Notes: generated by a model not told the origin, from the letters alone. Numbered from the stretch's first letter, positions 36,001-46,422 are shown. The stretch: 64,000 nucleotides of DNA from an uncultured Anaerolineales bacterium (GCA_964551735.1 CAZKEF010000017.1:31007-95006), one strand, 5' to 3'. Numbers and translations are program-made.

Positions 36001-37301
36001 TCCCGGTCGGGCGGCACGCGGGCCAGCGATTGGCCGGGTGCGACCGTGGGGCACGCGGGCGCAAAGGCGCTGGTGTCGCTGCCGTAGCTCATCGCGTCCA
36101 CGAGCACGGCGTCGGGGGCGTATAGCCGCAGCGCATCGCCGGTGTTGCTCAGCCCGGCGCCGATGGGCCCATTCAGGTCGAGCAGGTGGCCGGTGAAGCC
36201 GGGATGGTTTTCCCGAAAGCTGGTTTCGTCCGCCACGACGACCACATACCCGCCCGGCCCCAGGGTGAATGCGGGCAGCGCGTCCTGTGCGCCGGCGTCG
36301 CCTACGGCCCAGCCCGCGAGATCGACGGCTGCCCCTGTGGGGTTGTGGATCTCGATCCATTCCCAGTTGCTGTCCACGCCGCTCTGCACGGCGTCGTACA
36401 ATACTTCGCTCAGCAGCAGACCGGGCGCCGGCGACGGAGGCAAGGTGGGGGTGGGCGTCCATGTTGGCGTGGGTGACCCGGACAGCGTCGCTGAAGGGGT
36501 CACACTGGGCGCCGCAGCAGATGTGGCCGTAGGGGTTGCGGTCGCCGATGGCGTGGGTGTGACCGGCGCTGTCGCGAGGGGAGTAAGGCTTGCCGTCGCG
36601 GTTGGCGTGGCCGTGGTGACCGCGGTCGCGGTGGGTGTCGGGGTGTGTGCAGGTGTGCGCGTGTGCGTAGATGTAGGCGCCGGCTCAGCGCCAGGCCCGC
36701 CGGGGTTGGGCGCTGCCTGGGCCGCCCAGTCGGCCGCGCTATCGGCGTCCTGGTCCACCGGCACGCGCACCAGCGATTGGCCTTCGGGGACATCGGGACA
36801 TGCGGGAGCGAAGACGGTGGCGTCCGTGCCATAGCTCATGGCGTCGATCTCCGCGCCGGCAGCATCGAGCAGCCGGACGCGATCGCCGGTGTTGCTTAGC
36901 CCGTTGCCGATGGGGCTTTCCAGGCCGACGAGGTTGCCCGTGAAGCCCGGATAGGTCTCCAGAAAGGCCGACTGAGACGAGGCGATCACCAGGAAGGCGC
37001 CCGGATTCAGGCTGAAAGCGGGGATTGTGTCGGTCGAGCCGTTGTCGCGCAGCTGCCAGCCGGACAGCGCGACGGCAGCTGCGGTCGGGTTGTGAAGCTC
37101 CACCCACTCTGCGCCGGGTTCCGTCCCGACCGGATCATACATGACTTCGCTGATCACCACGTGGCCCGCGGGCTGGGCGCGACCGAGGGCAGGAAGAAGC
37201 GCAATGATAAACGCACTGATGAGGACGAGCCTGATGAACAGGTGAAACCGAGAAATGGTCATGGTTCTCCCTCCTTCCGCGACAAAGCAGATGGCCCACA
37301 C
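33072..37301 (-). CDS. large secreted lamin-tail-domain (LTD) repeat protein: signal peptide, five LTD modules separated by Pro/Thr-rich linkers, C-terminal OB-fold-like domain
   Basis: N-terminal hydrophobic signal; five repeats of (V/L)xxEVMYDPVG...WxELxNP...LxGWxLxD; long TPTPTATAT linkers; C-terminal TVTGAVVYPPGL...YLQDATGGIKVY...GDVVQATGW..FRGEAEL resembles OB-fold domains of extracellular nucleases. Confidence 0.7.
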   Translation of the reverse strand: MWAICFVAEGGRTMTISRFHLFIRLVLISAFIIALLPALGRAQPAGHVVISEVMYDPVGTEPGAEWVELHNPTAAAVALSGWQLRDNGSTDTIPAFSLNPGAFLVIASSQSAFLETYPGFTGNLVGLESPIGNGLSNTGDRVRLLDAAGAEIDAMSYGTDATVFAPACPDVPEGQSLVRVPVDQDADSAADWAAQAAPNPGGPGAEPAPTSTHTRTPAHTPTPTATAVTTATPTATASLTPLATAPVTPTPSATATPTATSAAAPSVTPSATLSGSPTPTWTPTPTLPPSPAPGLLLSEVLYDAVQSGVDSNWEWIEIHNPTGAAVDLAGWAVGDAGAQDALPAFTLGPGGYVVVVADETSFRENHPGFTGHLLDLNGPIGAGLSNTGDALRLYAPDAVLVDAMSYGSDTSAFAPACPTVAPGQSLARVPPDRDTDTRDDWLAQAIPNPGAPGTMLTPTPTSTHTHTPTAPHPGTPTVTPTATASLTPIPTATGTATPSGTPAATDTATPTGLPTATLSHTPTVLPVTGTPTPTGTPAATAPPTPLSAVRLNEVLPYPYDVDWDGNGTLDAEDEWIEIYNLGAEAMDLGGWALDDIEGGSKPYVFPADTWLAPGGFRVFYRSQTKVALNQDADTARLLAPDGSAVDTFAYSGPKRDTSYSRTVDGAGVWTDAYPPSPGGPNIAPAPTPTFTPTLTYTPTLTRTPTATRTPTLTRTPTATRTATSTRTPTTTPTWTVPPTPTPTATPVIYDPDAIRLNEFLPAPGAVDWDGDGTADAADEWIELYNLGLTPVNLAGWALDDIADGGSKPFVFPASASLAPGGFLVIYRTQSGLALNNDTDTVRLLGPDGAEVDDFSYTTTRPDGSYSRAVDGTGAWTDSYPPSPGGPNLAPTPTPTATPVIYDPDALRLNEFLPAPSAVDWNGDGTADAGDEWIEVYNRSAAAVDLAGWLLDDSADGGSTPYVFPAGVTLAPGAFLLVFQAQSGLVLNNTSDTVRLLGPDVVEVDAFAYSKTQPDRSYSRTVDGAGAWTDTYAPSPGGPNIAPTPTPTPTATATATPIPAGITLNEILPDPVAGDWDGNGQASFNDEWIELYHAGTAPANLGGWAVLDDTKTYTIPQGTVIWPRSFLLLFRRATGLSLGDRRDHVILRRPDGVTADEFAYTNGPGEDRSFCRSVDGGGYWTTECDVTVGQPNRLRPTPVPGAGGGAPPMSGAAAIAAALAAPDDTRVTVTGAVVYPPGLIPRTIYLQDATGGIKVYLRSGDYPALAVGDVVQATGWTRDFRGEAELSVPNPGYLTRLGAGQLPIAARIATGDMGEAHQGQLVLIVGRVTKFERQALVLDDGSGPARIYFPGDLPWRRPYVNLGEFWVAQGVVGQYAFDGPPWVGGYRLLPRFRADVSPPPAWLPVTGSPF

Positions 37302-37412
37302 CGGGACGGAAGGGGGGAACTTCCGGGTAGATTATATGCGAAGGGTCAAATCTCTGTCAAGAAGACATTTTTCGGCCTGGCCTCTCAATTTGCGCCCTTT
37401 CACTGTCTGCCC

Positions 37413-37445
37413 GATCAAAAAGAGCCCGCCCATGCGGGCGAGCTC
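37413..37445 (-). terminator. rho-independent terminator of rpoD
   Basis: Minus strand reads gagctcgcccgcatgggcgggctc then TTTTTG. Confidence 0.5.
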
Positions 37446-37469
37446 TCTGTATCCACAAGAATGTCCGGT

Positions 37470-38687
37470 TCAGCTCAGGTAATCGCGCAGCTTGCGGCTG
37501 CGGCTGGGGTGACGCAGCCGTCCCAACGCCTGGGCCTCGATCTGGCGGATGCGCTCGCGCGTGACCCCGAACTTCTTGCCCACCTCTTCCAGGGTGTACG
37601 AGTAGCCGTCCACCAGGCCGAAGCGGAGCTGCAGGATGCGCACCTCGCGCGGGGTCAGCGACTCGAAGATCTCGTCAATCACCTGGCGCAGCATGGTCTG
37701 TGAGGCGGAGTCGGTCGGGCTTTCGGCTTCATCGTCCTCGATGAAGTCACCCAAATAGCTATCCTCTTCCTCGCCCACCGGCATCTCCAGCGAGAGGGGC
37801 CGCTGCGACACGCGGATGATCTGCTCGACCTTGCGCGGGGGCACGCCCAGCCGGTCGGCGATCTCCTCGGTGGTGGGGTCGCGGCCCAGCTCCTGCACTA
37901 ACTGGCGGCTGGTGCGGGTCAGTCGGTTGATCTGTTCGTACATATGGACCGGCACGCGGATGGTGCGGCCCTGGTCAGCGATGGCGCGCGTGACGGCCTG
38001 GCGGATCCACCAGGTGGCGTAGGTGCTGAACTTGTAGCCCCGCCGATAATCGAACTTCTTGACCGCGCGGATCAGCCCGATGTTGCCCTCCTGGATCAGG
38101 TCTAGAAACGGCACGCCGCGGCCCACGTATTTCTTGGCCACGCTCACCACCAGGCGGGAGTTGGCCTTGATCAGGTGCTCTTGCGCTGCCTGGCCATCAC
38201 GCACTGCGGCCAACAGGCGGTCGCGTTCGTTCAGGTCATCTATGCCCAGGGTCAGCCGCTGGCGGGCTTCACGGCCCCGCTCCATGCGCTTCGCGAGGCT
38301 GACCTCTTCGTCCGCGGTCAGCAGCGGCACCCGGCCGATCTCTTTCAGGTAGAGGCTGATGGAGTCATCAATGTCGATGAGGTCCAGGTCAATGGTGGTC
38401 TCCGTCGATTCGCCACCGCTGTCTTCGGACCCTTGTTCGCCCTCATCTTCTTCCCGAAACGCGCTGACCTCGATGCCCTGTTCGAAGAGATTCGCGAACA
38501 GGTCCTCGAGTTGTTCCATGTTGGCCTCGGCTTCGGGGAAGGCGCTGAGGACGTCATCGTAGGTCACGAACCCCTGGTCGCGGCCCAGAATAACGAGTTG
38601 TTGGGTCACCTCAGTCGAGCGCCGGGCGGTCTCATCTTGAGGATCGTCGTCTAGCTGGAAGTCCAAATCGTCGTCTTGTGCGTTCAT
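37470..38687 (-). CDS. rpoD: primary sigma-70 factor
   Basis: Acidic region 1.1; region 2 [40 protein letters not shown]; region 4 C-terminus; start at MNAQDDD (residue 26 of track ORF). Confidence 0.8.
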   Translation of the reverse strand: MNAQDDDLDFQLDDDPQDETARRSTEVTQQLVILGRDQGFVTYDDVLSAFPEAEANMEQLEDLFANLFEQGIEVSAFREEDEGEQGSEDSGGESTETTIDLDLIDIDDSISLYLKEIGRVPLLTADEEVSLAKRMERGREARQRLTLGIDDLNERDRLLAAVRDGQAAQEHLIKANSRLVVSVAKKYVGRGVPFLDLIQEGNIGLIRAVKKFDYRRGYKFSTYATWWIRQAVTRAIADQGRTIRVPVHMYEQINRLTRTSRQLVQELGRDPTTEEIADRLGVPPRKVEQIIRVSQRPLSLEMPVGEEEDSYLGDFIEDDEAESPTDSASQTMLRQVIDEIFESLTPREVRILQLRFGLVDGYSYTLEEVGKKFGVTRERIRQIEAQALGRLRHPSRSRKLRDYLS

Positions 38688-38836
38688 GCGCACGCACTCC
38701 TCTGCGCAAAAAGCCGGCGCAATGCCATGCCCTGGCTTGACCGTCCACACCCTGCCGCACACAAGGTGATAAGCGTATCAAGCGATGTTATCTCGGCCAT
38801 TTTATTGTAACTTTGTTAACGACATAATTACGTGGG

Positions 38837-39787
38837 CTAAGTTACCAGTTCTTGATTAATGTGCCGGCCTGCCGTTATGGGCGTCTTGAAGTCATAAATC
38901 CCATCGTCAATGCCCCACGCAGCATCGCAACCCCTGCAAAGCAGCACCGCGGGCCCGTCCTCTGCCAGTCGGCCGCCACAGGTGGGGCAGCAAAAGAGCG
39001 GGCCCTCGGTGGCTGCGCCGGAGCCGGCGGCTTGAGCCTGCAGAAAGATGCTGGGTGTCAGTTTCCATGTCGCGCCCACGCGTTGGATTGCTCCGTCCAG
39101 CGCGGCCAGCGTTCGCGCTGGCGCCGCTCGCTTGAACACATCGGCGCGGAAGTGTGAGACCGCCAGCCCGGCCCGGATCACGAATCCGGCGCGCTGCACC
39201 TCGGCCGTCATCCAGGCGGGATGAAAATTGAAGTTCAGGGATGCGAATTCGTAGGGCTCCAGTGCAAACGGCGACCATGTTTGCCGGTGCAGCAGGTAAC
39301 GGGCGATCGCTTTGAGGTTGCGTTTGTTGGCATACTCAAGAAGATAAACGCCTCCCGGCTTGAGCGCAGTGGCCACCTGTTGTAGGGCAGCCGGCACATC
39401 CACCATGTGGTGCAGCACGCGCACGGTGATCACAGTATCGCATGTGGCAGGACACAGGGGCAGGCGATACAAATCGGCGGCAACATAGGTGAAGCGCCCT
39501 GCCGCGCCCAGGCGCGCCTGGGCCTCGCGCAAGCCTGACTTGGCGTAATCCAACAGCACGACCTGCTCATAGCCCGCATACAGGTCGGCCAGGCGGCCAA
39601 ACCCGGCGCCGATCTCGATCAGCCGGCGGCCGCGCGGGGGCAACAGCTTGCGTATTGCAATACGCTCGGCCAGGTCCTCATAGTCTCGCCCCTGGCCTTC
39701 CCAAAATCGAGCTCGATAGCTCGTGCCTTCATAATCACAGACCGCGTGGTCTTGCTCCAAAACGCGCTCCGTCCCTGGTTGATGCAT
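38837..39787 (-). CDS. class I SAM-dependent methyltransferase with C-terminal Cys4 zinc-ribbon
   Basis: SAM-binding motif I LIEIGAGFGRL, motif post-I VVLLDYA; C-terminal CPTCGG...CRGCD. Confidence 0.55.
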   Translation of the reverse strand: MHQPGTERVLEQDHAVCDYEGTSYRARFWEGQGRDYEDLAERIAIRKLLPPRGRRLIEIGAGFGRLADLYAGYEQVVLLDYAKSGLREAQARLGAAGRFTYVAADLYRLPLCPATCDTVITVRVLHHMVDVPAALQQVATALKPGGVYLLEYANKRNLKAIARYLLHRQTWSPFALEPYEFASLNFNFHPAWMTAEVQRAGFVIRAGLAVSHFRADVFKRAAPARTLAALDGAIQRVGATWKLTPSIFLQAQAAGSGAATEGPLFCCPTCGGRLAEDGPAVLLCRGCDAAWGIDDGIYDFKTPITAGRHINQELVT

Positions 39788-39833
39788 GTTTCACGTGAAA
39801 CATCCGGCAGGCGCAAGGCCTTCCTTAAATTAA

Positions 39834-39861
39834 GCCAAAAGGCGGTGGCTAACCCACCGCC
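39834..39861 (-). terminator. rho-independent terminator downstream of infA
   Basis: ggcggtgg-ctaac-ccaccgcc hairpin followed on minus strand by TTTTGGCTTAATTT. Confidence 0.5.
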
Positions 39862-39992
39862 CTCTCAGGCTTGCGCTGCTGCGCCATTATTATAACACGC
39901 CCTGTCAACCCCTGGCGCGATGAAAGCAACAAAAGACGCCGCGCGATCTTCCTGCATCGGGAAGCTGCACGAAGCGCGCCCCGGCAACCGTC

Positions 39993-40232
39993 TTATGCCG
40001 GACTGCTCGGATTACGATGGCGGTAGACGATGCGCCCCTTGGTTAAGTCGTAGGGCGATAGCTCCACCCGAACCCGATCGCCAAGCAGGACGCGAATGTA
40101 ATACTTGCGCATCTTGCCGGACAGGTACGCCAGGACCTCATAATCATTTTCCAGCTTCACCCGGAACGTTGTGTTAGGTAGCGCTTCAACGACCTTACCG
40201 TCCAGGGTCAGCTTATCTTCTTGCTTTGCCAT
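39993..40232 (-). CDS. infA: translation initiation factor IF-1
   Basis: [71 protein letters not shown] is near-canonical IF-1. Confidence 0.85.
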   Translation of the reverse strand: MAKQEDKLTLDGKVVEALPNTTFRVKLENDYEVLAYLSGKMRKYYIRVLLGDRVRVELSPYDLTKGRIVYRHRNPSSPA

Positions 40233-40366
40233 GCACACTCACCTTCCTGCCGGCGGAGAACTGACCGATTCGACACGATTTACATCAAGGATGTGGAGAC
40301 AGTTCGTTTGCTGCCCAACTGTCTCCACATGCATTTACACATCGATTTCCCAAAGAGGCCGCGCTT

Positions 40367-40588
40367 CTAGCGCATGCTGTCGCGTCCCTCGCGACGACGC
40401 TGAGCCTGGCGGGCCTTGCGGATCGCCTTCTGTTTCTTCAACCGGCGCAACTCGCTCGGCGGCGTGAACCAGCGCTTCTTGCGGACGGTCGGCAGGATGC
40501 GCTCCTTCATCACCTCCTTGCGGAAGCGCTTCAGCAACGAATCCTGGGATTCGCCTGCACGTAGTGTTACGGTAGCCATCTGTTTCAC
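40367..40588 (-). CDS. rpsU: 30S ribosomal protein S21
   Basis: MATVTLRAGESQDSLLKRFRKEVMKERIL...KAIRKARQ matches bS21. Confidence 0.85.
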   Translation of the reverse strand: MKQMATVTLRAGESQDSLLKRFRKEVMKERILPTVRKKRWFTPPSELRRLKKQKAIRKARQAQRRREGRDSMR

Positions 40589-40898
40589 CCCCTTCCCGCC
40601 AACGATTAGATGTCACACGTTTGCTTCTTAACAACAGCAAACCTCACCTTGCGGTGAGGCCCAAACGCTGCACTTGCCTGCCACAACCCATGACGCATCG
40701 GACGGGAAGCTCACCTGCCGTGCTTCGCCGGACCGGCGTCGTTACCGTATGATCGTTTCATTCAGGCCATGCGCGCTCCTGTCTCAGGAAACGTGTTTGT
40801 TCCTAGGGCCATGTGAAGTATAGCGTAAACTGAGATGGCTGTCAAAAAGCCTCGTCCAGGTGCTTTGACGTGGCCGGCCGCCACGCTCGAGGCGGAGG

Positions 40899-42536
40899 TT
40901 ATGACCTCTCAGCGCCGGCATGACGGCGCAGCGCCCGCATCACCCGGCGCCAAATGTCGTGCGCCGTGTGCAACTGCCCGGCCTCGACCGGTTGGTTGGC
41001 GTAGCGCGCAGCTATGAATGCCTCGGTGAGCGCCTGGGTGTCCGCTTCGGCCTCCGGCCACGCCGAGGCAAGGTCGTCCAGGAACTCCTGTGGCGTCTTG
41101 TGGGGCGGCCGCACGAGGCCCCGCTCGGCCGCGCGGCGCACCGCCAGCAAGTAGAAATAGCGCACCCGTTCTTGTGGGGAAAGCGCCCGGATCCGCAGGA
41201 CGTTCCCCGGCAGCCGCAGGGTGGACGGTCGGGTGGACGGCAGGCGTAACCGCGCCAGCCCGCCGCGCACCGCCGCCCCGAATCGCCAATGGCGTGATCG
41301 CCAATAGCCTCGCCAGCGCGCCAGCAAGGCGGGCCAACCGGTCAATAACCCATTGGCCTGCAGGAAGTTCCACAATAGGTAGCCGGCAACCAGCGCCACG
41401 AGGCTCCACACCAGGACGCCGCCCAACCAGTCGGGGAGATGGCTGGCTGCCTCGGCCTGCGTTGGCATGACCAGGGCAGGCGGTTCGGGCGGCAATCCTG
41501 GGGCTGTGTCCTGTCCGATGAGCCGGCTCAGGGGGGCGAGCAACAGCATCAACAACCGGTTCAGCAGGTAATAGAGCAACATGCCGATCCAGGCCAACAG
41601 CCCGAGAAACCATAACAGCGCCTTGGTCAGCCCGCCCAACGAGCCAAGCGGCAGGGTGAGCGCCAGCAGCGCGCCCAGGCCCACCAGGAGCGCGCTGTTG
41701 ATCCGCCAACGCTTCAACACCGGCGGCGTTACCGTTATCTGCTGCGTGAACCATTGTGCGCGCAGCACTGCCAGCCGGGCCTCGCTGATTAGCAGCAGGC
41801 CGGACAGGAAGTAGGCCAGCAACCCGCCCAGCACCACCGGCGGCAGGCCCAGGTTGCGCAGCCCTACCCGGAACAACCCGACTGAACTGACCTGCACATC
41901 CAGTCGCACCAGGCCTGCCATTACAATCAGCGTCACCCCGCCCCAGAGCCACCGCCGGGCGAATCGGCCCAAGATATCGCTCCTGGCCAGGGGCCGGACC
42001 GCACGCCGATCGCTCAGGCTCTCACCGTAGCCCAGTGGCTGCTGCGCCGCGATCTCATCCGGCTGCAGCGCCAGGTCGAGGAAATCGCTGGCTGAGTTGA
42101 TGGCGGTCACCCAAACGATGAGCAACGTGACCGTCGTGAACAGGAACGGGCCGTCCAGGAAAGACAAAGGTGCCCGGAGCCACGCGCCCAGATCCGTAGG
42201 GGTCGGCCAACCGCCGTCAAGAGCCCACGTGGCGATCCGTGCCAGCAGCAACAGGCCCACCGCTTCCCCCAGGCGGTAGGCCAGGCCGCGGTGCTGACGC
42301 CAGGACGGCCGGCCCAGGCGCTCGGTCGTGGCGGTGCCCAGGGCCGCCGCCGCCGCTGCCAAGGCCAGCACGTACGCGGAGGAGCGTCCACTCAACGCCT
42401 GCCACAGCACCAACGGGCCGGATGCTATGCTGGCGGCCAACACCACCAACGCTAAGCTGCGGTAGCGGCTGCCCTGCCACGCATGATCCTGGAGGTCGGC
42501 CAGGGCGGGGCGCTCCGGCGGCACAGGCGGCGTCAT
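40899..42536 (-). CDS. polytopic membrane protein with C-terminal DUF4129-like domain
   Basis: Many TM helices; C-terminal RALSPQERVRYFYLLAVRRAAERGLVRPPHKTPQEFLDDL typical of DUF4129; genomic partner of DUF58 and MoxR. Confidence 0.5.
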   Translation of the reverse strand: MTPPVPPERPALADLQDHAWQGSRYRSLALVVLAASIASGPLVLWQALSGRSSAYVLALAAAAAALGTATTERLGRPSWRQHRGLAYRLGEAVGLLLLARIATWALDGGWPTPTDLGAWLRAPLSFLDGPFLFTTVTLLIVWVTAINSASDFLDLALQPDEIAAQQPLGYGESLSDRRAVRPLARSDILGRFARRWLWGGVTLIVMAGLVRLDVQVSSVGLFRVGLRNLGLPPVVLGGLLAYFLSGLLLISEARLAVLRAQWFTQQITVTPPVLKRWRINSALLVGLGALLALTLPLGSLGGLTKALLWFLGLLAWIGMLLYYLLNRLLMLLLAPLSRLIGQDTAPGLPPEPPALVMPTQAEAASHLPDWLGGVLVWSLVALVAGYLLWNFLQANGLLTGWPALLARWRGYWRSRHWRFGAAVRGGLARLRLPSTRPSTLRLPGNVLRIRALSPQERVRYFYLLAVRRAAERGLVRPPHKTPQEFLDDLASAWPEAEADTQALTEAFIAARYANQPVEAGQLHTAHDIWRRVMRALRRHAGAERS

Positions 42537-43810
42537 CGGCGTCCGCCTCCTGCCGCGAGCAGGGCGTGACCCTGGCGTCCGGTTTGCCAGCGCACCAGGT
42601 CGGCCTCGCTCCAGGCGGGATGCGCGGCTACGCCCAGCCGCCGCGCGCGCTCCTGCACAGCCCCGAAGCGCGCATATGGCTCAACGACCAGCAGCACAGG
42701 GTTGAGCCCCGCGCGGCGCAGCCGATGCAGCGCGCGGCACATCTCTTCGTCGCCGGTAGGGGTCACCGCGACCACCGTGGCGCCCCACGGTAGATCCGCG
42801 GTAGCGGTAGCCAGCCAGCCGGTCAGCGGGCTGACCTCGGCCAACTGCACGCGCGCCAGCCACTCCAGCACTTTCATCAGGTGCGCTCGGCCGGTGTGCG
42901 AGGCGATGCGCCACCCCGTCGCACCGCTCAACGAGTCGGCGCCGTTGGACGCCAGGCCCACAGCCTGGCGTTGGCTGCTCAGATAATTGGCTACTGAAGC
43001 CGCCACCACCACGGCCCACTCACTGGCGCTGGCCTGCAGCGCACGGGTATATGCTGTCCTGTTCATTTCGAGAAAAATGACCGTGGTCAGCGATACAGCA
43101 GGTTCGTACTTCTTGACTTGCAGGCTGCCGGCGCGGGCGCTGGTCTTCCAATCTATGCTGCGGAGCGGATCGCCGGGAGAATAGTCTCGGGTGCCGCTGA
43201 TCCGGGTCGGATCAGCGAAAATGGGGTGGGCGCTCTTGATGACGCCGTGGGGCGCCTGTGAGGTCAGGCCGGGATGGGCCAACGGTATGACGCGGGGGTA
43301 AACGGTGAGATGGCGCGGCTCTTCGTATAGACCTTCGGCCTGGGCGAACCCGAAAAGATCGCCCGTGATGAGCCGGCCGGGTCCGATGGGGTAATAGCCC
43401 CGCTGTTGACCCACCACATCATAGCTGAAACGCCAGCGCTGCTTGGGCCGCAGCGCGATCACCTGGCGCAGCGCGGTGCTGGAGGCCAGTTGGCCCGGCG
43501 GCGCTTCTTCGTAGCGGAGCCAGGGCACCGGCCACCATTCGCTGTTGACCACCTCGACCTCGATCTGGGCCGTCTCGCCGTGGAAAATATGGTCGGTGAA
43601 ACGCCGGCTGACCCGCAACCTGGGGAGGATGCGCCGCGTCCGCCAGCGCGCCAGCAGATACGTGCCGGTCAGCACGTAGACCACATAGTAGATGAAGTCT
43701 ACCTGCAACAGGATCGCGACGGCCAACAGGATCAGCAGGATCAGGGGCAGATCGGACATGGCTCGTTGCCTGCGCGGGGTGCTATTGGCCGGCTCCTGCC
43801 ACCACCACAA
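42533..43810 (-). CDS. DUF58 domain protein (vWA-like; MoxR-associated)
   Basis: [34 protein letters not shown] block characteristic of DUF58; 4-nt overlap with downstream gene. Confidence 0.6.
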   Translation of the reverse strand: MWWWQEPANSTPRRQRAMSDLPLILLILLAVAILLQVDFIYYVVYVLTGTYLLARWRTRRILPRLRVSRRFTDHIFHGETAQIEVEVVNSEWWPVPWLRYEEAPPGQLASSTALRQVIALRPKQRWRFSYDVVGQQRGYYPIGPGRLITGDLFGFAQAEGLYEEPRHLTVYPRVIPLAHPGLTSQAPHGVIKSAHPIFADPTRISGTRDYSPGDPLRSIDWKTSARAGSLQVKKYEPAVSLTTVIFLEMNRTAYTRALQASASEWAVVVAASVANYLSSQRQAVGLASNGADSLSGATGWRIASHTGRAHLMKVLEWLARVQLAEVSPLTGWLATATADLPWGATVVAVTPTGDEEMCRALHRLRRAGLNPVLLVVEPYARFGAVQERARRLGVAAHPAWSEADLVRWQTGRQGHALLAAGGGRR

Positions 43811-44450
43811 CGTACTCGCCCTTGGGCGGCGTTGCCCGCACGGCGGCCAGCAGTTCCGACAGCGGGCCGCGCTGGACCGACTCGTGGAACTTGGTCAACT
43901 CGTGGGCCAGGGCGGCCTGCCGGTCGCCGTAGACGGCCAGCGCATCGGCCAGCAGCGCCTCCAGGCGGTAGGGACTTTCGTAGAACACCAGGGTGTGCGG
44001 TGAATCGCGATCAACCTCCAGGAAGCGGCGCCGCGGCCCAGCCTTGTGCGGTGGGAAACCTCGATAGGTGAAGCTGTGGACCGGCAGGCCGGAGAGCACG
44101 ACCGCCATGATCACCGCGGCAGGGCCGGGGATCATGGTCACCTCTTCACCGGCCGCGATGGCGCGCCGCACGATGGAGTAGCCGGGGTCGGAGATGCCCG
44201 GGGTGCCGGCCTCGGTGACCACGGCAACCGATTTGCCTTCCGCCAGAACCGCCATGATGCGCTCACCGGCCCGGTCTTCGTTGTGCTCGTGAAAAGCCAT
44301 CTGCGGCTTGCGGATGTCGAAGTGCTTCAGCAGCAGGCCCGTCTTACGCGTGTCTTCGCTGGCGATCAAGTCCACGCTGCGCAGCACCTCTAACGCCCGC
44401 AGGGTAATGTCGCCAAGATTGCCGATAGGGGTCGCGACCAGGTACAGCAT
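43782..44450 (-). CDS. rsmI: 16S rRNA (cytidine1402-2'-O)-methyltransferase
   Basis: [35 protein letters not shown]... tetrapyrrole-methylase fold typical of RsmI. Confidence 0.65.
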   Translation of the reverse strand: MLYLVATPIGNLGDITLRALEVLRSVDLIASEDTRKTGLLLKHFDIRKPQMAFHEHNEDRAGERIMAVLAEGKSVAVVTEAGTPGISDPGYSIVRRAIAAGEEVTMIPGPAAVIMAVVLSGLPVHSFTYRGFPPHKAGPRRRFLEVDRDSPHTLVFYESPYRLEALLADALAVYGDRQAALAHELTKFHESVQRGPLSELLAAVRATPPKGEYVVVVAGAGQ

Positions 44451-44451
44451 C

Positions 44452-45396
44452 TCACACCTTGCCGATATCGAGAGGCGTCTGGTCGAGCAGCTCGGCCACG
44501 ATGGCGTCGGCCGACCGGCCGCGGAGGGCGCTTTCCGGGTGCACCAGGCAGCGGTGCGCCAGGGCCACCGGCGCGAAGCGTTTCACGTCGTCGGGCAAGA
44601 CGTAGTCGCGGCCGTGGAGCGCGGCCCAGGCCTGGCAGGCCTTGTACAGGGCCAGGCTGCCGCGCGGGCTGGCCCCCAGCAGCAGGTCGGGATGTGTGCG
44701 CGTGGCGTTGACGAGGCGCACGATGTAGTCACGCACGGTATCATCCACGTGCACTTCCCAGGCCAGTCGGGCCAACTCAGGGACTTGGCCGCCGTCGGCC
44801 ACGGCTTGCAACGTCTCGATGGGGTGCTGCCGGCGCAGGTTGAGCAGCATCTGGCCCTCGGCCGCAGGCGGCAGATAGCCGAGCTGGAGCTTCAGCAGGA
44901 ACCGGTCCAGTTGGGCCTCCGGCAGCGGAAAGGTACCCTCGAACTCGATGGGGTTCTGTGTGGCCAGCACGATGAACGGCCGCGCCAGGGGCCGCGTCAC
45001 CCCGTCCACGGTCACCTGGTGCTCGCCCATGCACTCCAGCAGGGCCGCCTGGGTGCGCGGGGTCGCCCGGTTGATCTCGTCGGCCAGGAGCACGTTGGCG
45101 AAAACAGGGCCGGGCACGAATTCGAAGCGCGCTGACTGTTGGTTATAGACCGAGACGCCGGTCACGTCGTTGGGCAGCAGGTCGGGGGTGCATTGCAGGC
45201 GCCGAAACGCGCCGCCCAGCGAGATAGCCAGCGCGCGGGCCAACATGGTTTTGCCCACGCCCGGCACGTCCTCGATCAACACGTGGCCTGCGCACAGCAG
45301 CGCAGTCAGGAGCAGTTCGATGGCCTCTCGCTGGCCCACGATGACCTGCTCGACGTTGGCGATGACCTTTTCGGCGAAGGTGCGGAGATCGTCCAA
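44452..45396 (-). CDS. MoxR-family AAA+ ATPase (start uncertain: TTG about 45396 or ATG 45603)
   Basis: [33 protein letters not shown] Walker A, Walker [13 protein letters not shown], sensor regions; N-terminal 100 aa of track ORF has no MoxR homology. Confidence 0.65.
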   Translation of the reverse strand: MDDLRTFAEKVIANVEQVIVGQREAIELLLTALLCAGHVLIEDVPGVGKTMLARALAISLGGAFRRLQCTPDLLPNDVTGVSVYNQQSARFEFVPGPVFANVLLADEINRATPRTQAALLECMGEHQVTVDGVTRPLARPFIVLATQNPIEFEGTFPLPEAQLDRFLLKLQLGYLPPAAEGQMLLNLRRQHPIETLQAVADGGQVPELARLAWEVHVDDTVRDYIVRLVNATRTHPDLLLGASPRGSLALYKACQAWAALHGRDYVLPDDVKRFAPVALAHRCLVHPESALRGRSADAIVAELLDQTPLDIGKV

Positions 45397-45690
45397 AGTA
45401 ACGGCCTTTCGTATCGTGTCCTCGAAGGAACTCCCCCGATTTGCTGCCCCACTATAGCACAGTTGCGGCCACGCGCAAGGCGGCACGCGTTTGTCACCCC
45501 GAACGGGTCTGCCAGCCACGGTGCGTAACGGCAAGACACCGATGAAGGGACTGTCTGATCGTGCGCCACGAGATGCTTCGGGCCACACGACGGAACCCAG
45601 CATGACACATTGGGCGGCGCGCTCTAGCGCTGAACCGCGGCGCGGCTTTGGGTTATCACCACGAGTTTTGGAATTCTTGCGATATCCCTC

Positions 45691-45719
45691 TTGACAAACG
45701 AACAAGTGTTCGCTATAAT
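45691..45719 (+). promoter_or_regulatory. sigma-70 promoter (TTGACA-17-TATAAT) with embedded LexA/Cheo-type SOS box CGAACAAGTGTTCG
   Basis: ttgacaaacgaacaagtgttcgctataat read directly; GAAC-N4-GTTC palindrome lies in spacer; 50 nt upstream of lexA start. Confidence 0.65.
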
Positions 45720-45768
45720 AGAGTCATCAGAACAAACATTCGACTCAGGAGATCACAGGAGGCCTGCG

Positions 45769-46422
45769 ATGACTCTCTCCGATCGACAAGTACGCATCCT
45801 AGCGTTCATCCGCCGTTACCTGGCGGAGCACAACTACCCGCCCACCATCCGCGAGATCGGTAAGGACGTGGGCATCCCCTCGACTTCGGTGGTGAAGTAC
45901 AACCTGGAGCGCCTGCAGGACAAGGGTTACATCGAACGCAGCGAGGAAGTATCGCGAGGTTTACGCCTGAAGGATGGCCCGTCGCTGGCTGCGGCCCTGG
46001 GCAGCCTCGCGCCGCGGCTGGTCGAGATCCCGAAGCTAGGCATCATTTCAGCCGGCACCCCCATCGCAGCCTACGGCCAACAGGAAGACCCCTTCGCAGG
46101 CGACACGCTGACCTTGACCGCTGAGCTGGTCCCTGAGGGCAGAAGCCTATACACGTTGCAGGTCAAGGGCGACTCGATGATCGACGCGCTGGTCTACGAC
46201 GGCGACTGGGTGATCATCCAGCACCAGCAGACGGCCGAGCGCGGGGAAATGGTCGTGGCCTGGCTGAGGGATCGGGAAGAGACGACGCTCAAGTATTATT
46301 ACCCTGACGGCGAAACGGTCGAGCTCCGGCCTGCCAACCCGGCCTATCAGCCGATCCCGGTGCCGGCGGATCAGCTCGAGATCCAGGGCAAGGTTGTCGC
46401 TGTCGTGCGGCAGTTGAACTGA
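45769..46422 (+). CDS. lexA: LexA repressor
   Basis: ATG 45769 after CAGGAGG; N-terminal wHTH, Ala-Gly cleavage region, S24 peptidase Ser (GDSM) and Lys (VAWL) signature. Confidence 0.85.
   Translation: MTLSDRQVRILAFIRRYLAEHNYPPTIREIGKDVGIPSTSVVKYNLERLQDKGYIERSEEVSRGLRLKDGPSLAAALGSLAPRLVEIPKLGIISAGTPIAAYGQQEDPFAGDTLTLTAELVPEGRSLYTLQVKGDSMIDALVYDGDWVIIQHQQTAERGEMVVAWLRDREETTLKYYYPDGETVELRPANPAYQPIPVPADQLEIQGKVVAVVRQLN

Noticed and set aside
40620-40665. Hairpin CCTCACC-TTGC-GGTGAGG upstream of rpsU, considered as a ribosomal leader or terminator.
   Set aside because: It is a single short hairpin with a weak U-tract. I cannot distinguish a leader, a terminator or chance without covariation data.
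45397-45603. N-terminal 100-aa extension of the MoxR track ORF (ATG at 45603).
   Set aside because: It has no similarity to the MoxR N-terminus. The homology-based start is about 22 aa before VIVGQ (probable TTG near 45396). Kept as an alternative in the feature note.
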